This document shows positions 12,407-22,559 of a stretch of 64,000 nt of DNA, one piece after another. Position numbers and translations under genes: made by a program. Positions within the stretch are counted from its first letter, which is position 1. Every line of letters starts with the position of its first letter. The notes under the pieces were generated by a model. The model worked only from the letters and a program-made list of their open reading frames with translations. It had not been told where the DNA came from and did not search any database. Source of the DNA: Pristiophorus japonicus (Eukaryota). The stretch is from the NCBI RefSeq assembly GCF_044704955.1, contig NC_091999.1:29636001-29700000 (forward strand), in the 5' to 3' direction.

Positions 12407-12519
12407 GGATGACTAGCGGAGACTCTGTGTCCCAAGGAGTCGGGTCAGAGTTGGGTGCAGATTCAGCAATAAATTGCAGTTACTCTGTATTGGCTACAAG
12501 CTATGGCCTGTTCTGGTAT
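12407..12519 (+). pseudogene. TRAV: TCR alpha/delta V pseudogene, 5' half (FR1-CDR1-WY)
   Basis: Acceptor ttttcag, then (G)MTSGDSVSQGVGSELGADSAINCSYSVLATSYGLFWY, interrupted by a CR1 tail. A probable decayed leader lies at ~12302-12346. Confidence 0.85.
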
Positions 12520-15500
12520 AGAAACATAGAAACATAGAAAATAGGTGCAGGACCAGGCCATTCAGAACTTCTAGCCTGCACCGCCATTCAATGGGTTCAT
12601 GGCTGAACATGAAACTTCAGTACCCCCTTCCTGCTTTCACGCCATACTCCTTGATCCGCCGAGTAGTAAGGACTTCATCTAATTCCCTTTTGAATAAATT
12701 TAGCGAATAGGCCTCAACTACTTTCTATTGTAGAGAATTCCACAGGTTCACCACACTCTTGGTGAAGAAGTTTCTCCTTATCTCGGTCCTAAATGGCTTA
12801 CCCCTTATCCTTAGACTGTGACCCCTGGTTCTGGAATTCCCAAAGATTGGGAACATTCTTCCTGCATCCAACCTATCCAAACCCGTCAGAATTTTAAACG
12901 TTTCTATGAGGTCCCCTCTCACTCTTCTGAACTCCAGTGAATACAAGCCCAGTTGATCCAGTCTTTCTTGATAGGTCAGTCTCACCTTCCCGGGAATCAG
13001 TCTGGTGAGTCTTCGCTGCACTCCCTCAATAGCAAGAATGTCCTTCCTCAAGTTAGGAGACCAAAACTGTACACAATACTCCAGGTGTGGCCTCACCAAG
13101 GCCCTGTAAACTGTAGCAACACCTACCTACCACTGTACTCAAATCCCCTCGCTATGAAGGCCAACATGCCATTTGCTTTCTTAACCGCCTGCTGTACCTG
13201 CATGCCAACCTTCAATGACTGATGTTCCATGACATCCAGGTCTCGTTGCACCTTCCCTTTTCTTAATCTGTCACCATTCAGATAATAGTCTGTCTCTCTG
13301 TTTTTACCACCAAAGTAGATAACCTCGCATTTATCCACATTATACTTCATCTGCCACGCATTTGCGCACTCACCTAACCTATCCAAGTCACTCTGCAGCC
13401 TAATAGCATCCTCCTCGCAGCTCACACTGCCACCCAACTTAGTGTCATCCGCAAATTTGGAGATACTACATTTAATCCCCTCGTCTAAATCATTAATGTA
13501 CAATGTAAACAGCTGGTGCCCCAGCACAGAACCCTGCGGTACCCCAGCAGTCACTGCCTGCCATTCCGAAAAGTACCCATTTACTCCTACTCTTTGCTTC
13601 CTGTCTGACAACCAGTTCTCAATCCACGTCAGCACACAACCCCCAATCCCATGTGCTTTAATTTGCACATTAATCTCCTGTGTGGGACCTTGTCGAAAGC
13701 CTTCTGAAAGTCCAAATATACCACATCAACTGGTACTCCTTTGTCCACTTTACTGTAAACATCCTCAAAAAATTCCAGAAGATTTGTCAAGCATGATCTC
13801 TCTTTGACAAATCCATGCTGACTTGGACCTATCATGTCACCATTTTCCAAATGCGCTGCTATGACATCCTTAATAATTGATTCCATCATTTTACCCACTA
13901 CTGAGGTCAGGCTGACCGGTCTATAATTCCCTGCTTTCTCTCTCCCTCCTTTTATAAAAAGTGGGGTTACATTGGCTACCCTCCACTCGATAGGAATTGA
14001 TCCAGATTCAATGGAATGTTGGAAAATGACTGTCAATGCATCCGCTATTTCCAAGGCCACCTCCTTAAGTACTCTGGGATGCAGTCCATCAGGCCCTGGG
14101 GATTTATTGGCCTTCAATCCCATCAATTTCCCCAACACAATTTCCCGACTAATAAAGATTTCCCTCAGTTCCTCCTCCTTACTAGACTCTCTGACCCCTT
14201 TTATATCCGGAAGGTTGTTTGTGTCCTCCTTTGTGAATACTGAATCAAACTACTTGTTCAATTGGTCTGCCATTTCTTTGTTCCCCGTTATGACTTCCCC
14301 TGATTCTGACTGCAGGGGACATACGTTTGTCTTTACTAACCTTTTTCTCTTTACATACCTATAGAAACTTTTGCAATCCGCCTTAATGTTCCCTGCAAGC
14401 TTCTTCTCGTACTCCAATTTCCCTGCCCTCATCAAACCCTTTGTCCTCCTCTGCTGAGGTCTAAATTTATCCCAGTCCCCAGGTTCGCTGCTATTTCTGG
14501 CCAATTTGTATGCCATTTCTTTGGCTTTAATACTATCCCTGATTTCCCTAGATAGCCACGGTTGAGCCACCTTCCCTTTTTTATTTTTACGCCAGACAGG
14601 AATGTACAATTGTTGTAATTCATCCATGCGGTCTCTAAATGTCTGCCATTGCACATCCACAGTCAACCCCTGAAGTATCATTAGCCAATCTATCTTACCC
14701 AATGCACGCCTCATACCTTCAAAGTTACCCTTCTTTACGTTCTGGACCATGGTCTCTGAATTAACTGTTTCATTCTACATCCTAATGCAGAATTCCACCA
14801 TGTTATGGTCACTCTTCCCCAAGGGGCCTCGCACAATGAGATTGCTAATTAATCCTCTCTCATTACACAACACCCAGTCTAAGATGGCCTCCCCGCTAGT
14901 TGGTTCCTCGACATATTGGTCTAGAAAACCATCCCTTATGCACTCCAGGAAATCCTACTCCACCGTATTGCTTCCAGTTTGGTTAGCTCAATCTATGTGC
15001 ATATTAAAGTCACCCATTATAACTGCAGCATATTCATAGCATGCACTCCTAATTTCCTGTTTGATGCCCTCCCCAACATCACTACTACTGTTTGGAGGTC
15101 TGTACACAACTCCCACTAACTTTTATTGCCCTTTAGTGTTCTGCAGCTCTACCCATATAGATTCCACATCATCTAAGCTAATGTCTTTCCTAACTATTGC
15201 ATTAATCTCCTCTTTAAACAGCAATGCTACCCCACCTCCTTTTCCTTTTATTCTATCCTTCCTGAATGTTGAATACCCCTGGATGTTGAGTTCCCAGCCC
15301 TGATCATCCTGGAGCCACGTCTCCGTAATCCCAATCACATCATATTTGTTAACATCTATTTGCACAGTTAATTCATCCAGCTTATTGCGGATACTCCTTG
15401 CATTAAGACACAAAGCCTTCAGGCTTGCTTTTTTAACACCCTTTGTCCTTTTAGAATTTTGCTGTAAAGTGGCCCTTTTTGTTCTTTGCCTTGGGTTTCT

Positions 15501-15598
15501 CTGCCCTCCACTTTTCCTCATCTCTTTTCTGTCTTTTGCTTTTGCCTCATTTTTGTCTCCCTCTGTGTCCCTGCATAGGTTCCCATCCCCCTGCAATA

Positions 15599-16546
15599 TT
15601 AGTTTAACTCCTCCCCAACAGCACTAGCAAACACTCCCCCTTGGACATTGGTTCCGGTCCTGCCCAGATGCAGACCGTCCGGTTTGTACTGGTCCCACCT
15701 CCCCCAGAACCGGTTCCAATGCCCCAGGAATTTGAATCCCTCCCTGCTGCACCACTGCTCAAGCCATGTATTCATCTGCTCTATCCTGCGATTCCTACTC
15801 TGACTAGCACGTGGCACTGGTAGAAATCCCGAGATTACTACTTTTGAGGTCCTACTTTTTAATTTAGCTCCTAGCTCCTTAAAATCTATTCGTAGGACCT
15901 CATCCCTTTTTTTACCTATGTCGTTGGTACCAATGTGCACAGCGACAACTGGCTGTTCTCCCTCCCACTTCAGAATGTCCTGCACCCGCTCCGAGACATC
16001 CTTGACCCTTGCACCAGGGAGGCAACATACCATCCTGGAGTCTCGGTTGCGGCCGCAGAAACGCCTATCTATTCCCCTCACCATCGAATCCCCTATCACT
16101 ATCGCGCTCCCAATCATTTTCCTGCCTTCCTGTGCAGCAGAGCCAGCTACGGTGTCATGAACTTGACTGCTGCTGCCCTTCCCTGGTGAGTCATCCCCCC
16201 CAACAATACTCAAAGCAGTGTATCTGTTTTGCAGGGGGATGACCACAGCGGACCCCTGCACTATCTTTCTTGCACTGCTCTTCCTGCTGGTCTTCCATTC
16301 CCTATCTGGCTGTGGACACTTCTCCTGCGGTACGACCAACTCACTACACGTGATACTCACGTCATTCTCAGCATCGTGGATGCTCCAGAGTGAATCCACC
16401 CTCAGCTCCAATTCCACAACGCGGACCGTCAAGAGCTCGAAGCGGATACACTTCCCGCACACGTAGCGCCCAGGGACACCGAAAGTGTCCCCGAGTTCCC
16501 ACATGGTACAGGAGGAGCATATCACGTGACCGAGCTCTCCTGCCAT
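15599..16546 (-). CDS. CR1 ORF1 protein (Cys-pair zinc finger/coiled coil plus SGNH/GDSL esterase-like domain), intact 315 aa
   Basis: CSSC..CGKC, then VIGDSMVRG, HIGTND and DGLHL motifs of the SGNH fold known from CR1 ORF1. Confidence 0.88.
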   Translation of the reverse strand: MAGELGHVICSSCTMWELGDTFGVPGRYVCGKCIRFELLTVRVVELELRVDSLWSIHDAENDVSITCSELVVPQEKCPQPDREWKTSRKSSARKIVQGSAVVIPLQNRYTALSIVGGDDSPGKGSSSQVHDTVAGSAAQEGRKMIGSAIVIGDSMVRGIDRRFCGRNRDSRMVCCLPGARVKDVSERVQDILKWEGEQPVVAVHIGTNDIGKKRDEVLRIDFKELGAKLKSRTSKVVISGFLPVPRASQSRNRRIEQMNTWLEQWCSREGFKFLGHWNRFWGRWDQYKPDGLHLGRTGTNVQGGVFASAVGEELN

Positions 16547-16727
16547 GTCTTAACCTTAGATACCCTTAAATTGGTAATAACAATGCTAAAGTTCACTTAC
16601 TGATACAAAAAAGAAAAGAAAAGCTACTCACCAATCACTAGCCAATCACTTACCCCATTGGCTGTGACGTCACTTTTTGATTCCTTTCTACTTCTATTTT
16701 GCTTTCTCTCCCGCTGTAGCTGCAGCG

Positions 16728-17057
16728 GTCGCCTTTATAGGTCGCTCCCCTCTCACCAACTGCCGCTGGCTCTCGCTCTCCCGCTGGGCCTTTTATTGGT
16801 CGCTCCGCTCTCACCAACTGCCGCTGGCTCTCGCTCTCCCGCTGGGCCTTTTATACGTCGCTCCCCTCTCACCAACTGCTGTTGGCTCTCGATCTCCCGC
16901 TGGGCCTTTTAAAGGTCGCTCCCCTCTCAGCAACTGCCGCTGGCTCTCGATCTCCCGCTGGGCCTTTGATAGGTCGCTCCCCTCTCAGCAACAGCCGCTG
17001 GCTCTCGATCTCCCGCTGGGCTTTTGATAGGTCGCTCCCCTCTCACCAACTGCAGCT
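16728..17057 (-). repeat. ~58 bp tandem monomers (~5.5 copies) in the CR1 5'UTR
   Basis: Unit GGTCGCTCCCCTCTCACCAACTGCCGCTGGCTCTCG(C/A)TCTCCCGCTGGGCCTTTTATA on the + strand. Confidence 0.9.
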
Positions 17058-17219
17058 CTGCAGTATCCCCACCAAGCACCCCAGTATCTGATCGGAGCCG
17101 ATAGTTAAGGCATTTGAACACTTCAGCAGGAATCTCAACCGGACACAAAGAACTTTTCACTTATCCATGAAAGGCATTAAGATCAGAAACAGTGCCGTGT
17201 ATTACTATGTGCGATGACC
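17058..17219 (+). pseudogene. TRAV: TCR alpha/delta V pseudogene, 3' half (continuation of 12407-12519)
   Basis: (L)QYPHQAPQYLIGADS*..[frameshift]..HFSRNLNRTQRTFHLSMKGIKIRNSAVYYYVR*. Confidence 0.85.
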
Positions 17220-17258
17220 CACAGTGAATAAGAATCCCTCGGGCCTCATGCATAAACA
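17220..17258 (+). promoter_or_regulatory. 23-bp RSS
   Basis: CACAGTG-23 nt-GCATAAACA. Confidence 0.85.
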
Positions 17259-18162
17259 GGTCACAGGTCAGCAAATGTGGGCTCTGGAAAAATGCCAGCG
17301 ATTGAATCCTACAGAGTTTGTTGAGGAAATAAATGTGAAAGTACAACCTGATCCGAGAGGTATTCTTCAGTTAAAGTCATTGCTGTCAGTGTTGGGAAAC
17401 GTGAAATATCTCTAGCATTTTATTGTACCATCAAATTCAGACATTTCCACTCCAGTAATACACAACCCTGCAGATCTCTCTGATTGCTAACAGGCTCAAT
17501 TTGTGAAAGTAAAAGTCCTGGGTGATGCAGATCTGACATTTGAGTCTTTCAAAAGTGATCTAATCTCTAAGTCGGCCTCGGGGGCGGGAAAATTCAGAGC
17601 TTCTGGGATGCTAATACCACAAGTAGTGACTGATTGAAATCAGCTCTTTACTGGTATCGTATCCCGGTTTAACTATTATCGTGTCCTAGTGGCTTTAAGA
17701 CTGTAACTATTAATGATGCTGATGAATTGGACGATATTCATTAATACTAGGGCTTGAAATTAATTTGGAATTATTTACTTTTTCACCTTAATTATGGCGA
17801 GATCTATATATCTATTGATAGAGACATTGAGGTCGACCAAAGGTATACAAAGCCAGAAACGCAGTCCGATTGACAGAGACACGTTGCAGGAGTGTGAGAC
17901 AGATAGAAAGACACAGAGGCACTGACTGGGAAGGAAAGAGTTTTGAGGGAGCCATCAGTAATTGGTCCTCAACTGACAGTGATTCGTCCACAGCTGGCGT
18001 TGGATTTGAGAGATCATCCAATCCAAGCCCTGAGAAACGCACCTCAGTTTTGAAATAAATGATGACTGCCGCTGATTTGGGTTTGCTCTTTATTATCAGA
18101 CCAAAAACGGCAACATATTTAAAACATTCAATTATTGTACATCGAAATCTAAACTAGACACC

Positions 18163-18600
18163 ATGTGTTCCCCATCTTCACTACTGATAATAATTGCCAT
18201 GCTGCCCGGTGAGTCTATGTTTAAAGGGTCAGTTTGTGTTCCATGGGTTATATTTACTATCAGACTTTTAACACATTCTGTATTTTGTTCCAGGAAGGAG
18301 TGGCGAAGATTCAGTGTCCCAGCATCCGTCTGAAGTAATGATTCAGGAGGGTCAGACCTTAAAACTGAACGGTAATTACTCAGCAGCGTACACTGCCCCA
18401 ATTCTCTTCTGGTATGTCCAGTATCCCGGGGAAGCTCCGAGATATTTACTGAACAGATACGGCAAGGGGAATAGGGATCATTCTCCTGATTTCCCAGGAC
18501 GGTTTTCTGCTGCTTTGGACCAAGACTAGTAAACAGTTCCTTTAAATATATCCGGGGCTCTTGTCTCTGAATCTGCCGTGCATCACTCTGCGCTGACCCC
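18163..18600 (+). pseudogene. TRAV: TCR alpha-type V pseudogene (leader 18163-18208; V exon 18294-18600)
   Basis: Leader MCSPSSLLIIIAMLP|GTGAGT. V exon: RSGEDSVSQHPSEVMIQEGQTLKLNGNYS...LFWYVQYPGEAPRYLL...FPGRFSAALDQD**TVPLNISGALVSESAVHHSALT. Both canonical Cys are lost and there are two stops. Confidence 0.92.
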
Positions 18601-18639
18601 CACACTGCTACACGGGCGCAGTCAGTCCGTACAAAACAA
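18601..18639 (+). promoter_or_regulatory. 23-bp RSS
   Basis: CACACTG-23 nt-ACAAAACAA. Confidence 0.85.
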
Positions 18640-18792
18640 GCAATGGAATTTAATTACCTCTCACTGAATCAGCTCTGAGACCCGGCATTGGGATGTTACA
18701 ATAGAAATCAAACAATAAAACGAAAACGCTCGATAATATATAGCTGGGTAGATAACTAACTAGATAGACCGGCAGATATCTAAATACACAGT

Positions 18793-18797
18793 CTTTC

Positions 18798-18846
<49 letters not shown>
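18793..18846. repeat. (CT)n microsatellite
   Basis: Pure CT run. Confidence 0.9.
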
Positions 18847-19275
18847 TCACCCAATGATCCCTTCCTCCTTTCTTTGAAATTATCATCAGATGCAGACAAA
18901 AGTGTTAATTCATGCTGCGGCGTCTGCAACGTGTTTCACTGCTCAGTAACGGCGTTGTAATGATTAGTTTCGCAGCTGAATGATGAAATAATTGGACACT
19001 AGCGCTGTTCCAACCATCACCCGAATTCCAGACTGCAATTACTCCAACAGGTTTTCAAGATCGCGAAGTGCATAAAAAGTTAACTCTGATTATTACTTTA
19101 AATGAAACCGCGGAAGTACAACCTGAGGACGCAAGTTCAAACTATGAAAGGTCAGCTTAGGACTGATGCTGAAAATTCTTCAGACGCAATATGATTTACC
19201 TAGTTTCTCTTTTATTCTTTCTTCCCCTCCCCCTTTCAGTGCTCCATAAGAATCTTTTCATTCGGAACAATCGCC

Positions 19276-19410
19276 AGTTCTGATGAAGGTTCATCTACCT
19301 GAAAGGTCAACTCTGTTTCTCTCTCCACAGATGCTGCCTGGCCCTCTGAGATTTCCAGCATTTTATTTTTTATGTCAGATTCTATCATCCGCAGTATTTT
19401 GCTTTTGTAT
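19276..19410 (+). mobile_element. Penelope-like/retrozyme-type repeat end with a minimal hammerhead-ribozyme motif
   Basis: AGTT-CTGATGA-AGGT(tcatct)ACCT-GAAA-GGTC-AACT, followed by a common shark repeat stretch CTCTCTCCACAGATGCTGCCTG..CTGAG.TTTCCAGCA. Confidence 0.55.
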
Positions 19411-20084
19411 TATGATTTACCTCTTGGTGTTCGTGCCATCGCATTCTGCTCAAACCTGCCAGTGACTCTCCATTTTATTGAGGTTAAAGGAGTTCTTTTA
19501 ATTTACCACATCATTGTGTTCAAATCCTTCATGGCTCGCTTCCCGTCTACATCCCCCTTTTATCGGCTATGCTTAGTGGTAATGGTCAGCAAACAGCTCC
19601 TTTAATGGGAAGCTCCCGCACAGCTGCCAGAACAACATTAATTGTTTCCTTCACTGCTCTCGCTTTACAAATTGACCCTGTTAACGAGGCAACATGGACA
19701 GATTTTTGAGCGATAAGGGAATAAATGGTCATGGGGAGAGCGCAGGGAAGTGGAGCTGAGTCCATGATCCGATCAGCCATGATCTTGTTGAATGACGCAA
19801 CAGGCTCAAGGAGCCAGGTGGCCTAATCCTGCTTCTATTTCTTGTGTTCTTATAACATTTGCCACCTAGCTACATACGGAGATATTAGGGCAGATATTTA
19901 GGGGTGGAATTCCAAAGTTTAGGGCCGAGGCAGGTGAAGACACGGCGGCTAATTTTGGAGCGATTAAATTGGGATTGCACAAGTGGCCAGAATTGAAGGA
20001 GCAGACAGGTCGTGGAGGGTTGTCGGTTTCAACAGTCTGAAATTAATGCAACTGCATCTTAAACCTTTCCTTTCGTTATTAATT

Positions 20085-20510
20085 ATAGGGATATGGATTT
20101 CACTGGCATGTCAGCATTTATTGCCCATCCCTTGGTTTCCCCTTGAGAAATTGCTGGTGAGCCATCTGCTTTTCGAACCACTGCAGTTCTGCTCCTTTCA
20201 AGCGTTTGATACAACTGGGGGGCATGCAGGGCCATTTCAAAGAGCTAAATCACGTTGAGTATGGGACTGGAGTCACTTTTGGGGTAAGGACGGCTGATTT
20301 CTTTCCCTGACGGGACATTAGTGTACCCGTTGGGGTTTTTGCCAAAGCCGATCACTTTATGGTCACTTTTTCTGATACCAGCCTCTCATTTATTTTTTAA
20401 AAATCGGAATTTAAATTCCCAAACTACGCAGGTACCATTTTAATTCGTGCAATAAACTGCTTCGCCCAGGCCTCTGGATTACAAATGGAGTAACATAACG
20501 AAAATACCGC
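20085..20510 (-). mobile_element. degenerate elasmobranch SINE (HE1-like)
   Basis: Contains CAGCATTTATTGCCCATCCC...CCCTTGAGAA...GGTGAGCC and a tRNA-like GGCCTCTGGATTAC...GTAACATAAC end; family assignment from memory. Confidence 0.45.
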
Positions 20511-21356
20511 TGCAACTTTTTTAAGGCGTAATGTTCTCTGCCTCAAACACTATTTGTGGCAAAATGTCCCATGCTCCAACAACTCCCACGCTCGCGTCCA
20601 TGCATATATTTTTTCTGAGCTTCTGTCACTCTCTTGTTAATATGTTGAATTTTATGATCTTTCTTTACCGATTCCCACAAGCAGAGGAATCAGTCTTTTC
20701 ATCTTCTCTCCAGTAAAGCTACTTTACAACAAAAACTCGATTAGATCGCGTAAACTTATTAGCTTCAATCGAAATCTCAAGTCTCCAATCATAAATGCAG
20801 TTACAATTGCTAGGTTCGTCTTTGTCCATATCAGTAGTTAAAGCTTCCAACTTTAATATGATTTCTATAATGGGCCATCTTGCTCTACAGATATCAACCT
20901 TACAGTGGAACAACCAGCCCAGCAGTAAGAGTACTAGACCAGTAACTCGCAGTTCGTAAGTTCGAAGCTCCCCAAGCCGTGAAACTGATGTAAAATACAG
21001 CTGAAAATATGTGAGTTGCCAAAAGGAAAGTAGGATGAAAGCTGACGGATGGTTGTTAAAAACCACAATTGGTTGAATAATATCTTTCATTGTAGGGAAT
21101 CTGTTCCTCACTTAACCTGCTTCTCTGCTAATACACTCAAGGCGCCTGGGGATTGGCTAGTAAAACCTCGCTGTAGTCATTCACCTCCCAGGAACAAAGA
21201 ACATTTTGAGCCCTAAAAATTTCGTTGTCCGAGTACAGCAATCACTAAAAGCTAGCGGACTGGACAGCTACACAGGCTCTCGTATGGACTGTTCAGCCAC
21301 CAAAGAACTCACTTCCGGAGTGGAAGCAAGTCTTTCTCGATTCCAAGGGACTGCCT

Positions 21357-21387
<31 letters not shown>

Positions 21388-21559
21388 CATTTAACACAGA
21401 ATTTGACAGATTTTTGATCGATAAGGAAATAAAAGGGTCAGGGGGAGCAGGCAGGGAACTGAGTCCATGATCAAATCAACCATGATCTTATATATTGTGG
21501 AGTAGGCTTGTGGGGCCAGGTGGCCTCCTCCTGTTGCTATTTCTTATGTTCTTGTGTAA

Positions 21560-22540
21560 CTCCGTGCTTCGAATCCGAAGCTCCCCTGTTTACCCTGGCA
21601 CCCAGAAGAGCAGATACAGGACATTGAAAAACTAACTCCTACAAGACGATGGAAACCTACTTCTGCCGATGGCACCTCCGGCCAAACCCGGAAAAGATTG
21701 TCACCTCGGCATTCCACCTTCACACCCATCAAGGATACCAAGCTTTGAAAGGCTCCTTATGTGGAATAGCGGTAAACGATGCCAAAAAAAACCCTCCTAT
21801 TTAGGATTCAGGCTGGATCACACGCTGTCATATAGACAACATCTCCAGTGCCTTGGCAAGAAACTGAAGAGTAGAATGAACATGATCGAGAAACTCGCCG
21901 GAACCACATGAGGATCAGACCCTCAAGCCCTCCCCTTCCCCCCGTACTACAGCACTCGCACTGGTTTACTCTGCAGTGGAGTTCCGCTTTCCGGCTTGGA
22001 TATCAATTTCGGTTGTTAAATCCGTTGATGTCCAGCTGAATTCTACTATGAGAATAATCACCGGTACGCTTTTATCGACACCAACACCTTGGCTCCCCGT
22101 GCTTACAAACATTGCACTACCACACACACGTCGCAAATAATTATTCTCCAGAAAATACATGCTGATACAAAAATATGCTGATCCAGGCAGAATTGAACAA
22201 TCTGCTACCAACCCGTCTTAAATGTAGAAGGCCATTTTGGGGCACTACCAAAGCCCCTCAACGATCTCCCCTCAGCCTTAACGACCGATGGCCAAATGCC
22301 TGGTAGAACTGAAATGGATTCCTTATAGTAAACCCCACAGTACATCCTGTAGAATCTGAACTTCATCACAAAGAGTGCGCGACCATTTAACTGCCTCAGA
22401 ACTGGTCATGATAGATGCAGCCTCCATCAATATAGGAGAAATATTAATGCAACCCCATCAGGCCACAGTGGAGCTACAAAGCAGACTCAGGAGCACATTA
22501 TTGAGTACTTGGATACTGACATTTGTAATTTGATACTACC
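21560..22540 (+). mobile_element. decayed non-LTR retrotransposon 3' region, I-group (Ingi/Vingi-like)
   Basis: PSYLGFRLDHTLSYRQHL...KLKSRMNMIEKLAGTT*GS, TALALVYSA.EF, VDVQLNSTMRIITGTL.STPTPWLPVL.NI, and a later LRTGH.RC motif. Confidence 0.65.
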
Positions 22541-22559
22541 TAACGAATTAGAGGAGGCA

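Larger units (their letters stand above)
12520..17057 (-). mobile_element. full-length CR1-like LINE (5'UTR monomers, ORF1, disrupted ORF2, octamer tail)
   Basis: (TAGAAACA)n tail at 12520. ORF2 pieces include the endonuclease (CLNARSIRNK..EL, IGITETW) and RT (KSPGPDGLHP, YLDFQKAFDKVPH, GVPQGSVLG, FADDTKL). ORF1 at 15599-16546; tandem repeats at the 5' end. Confidence 0.95.
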
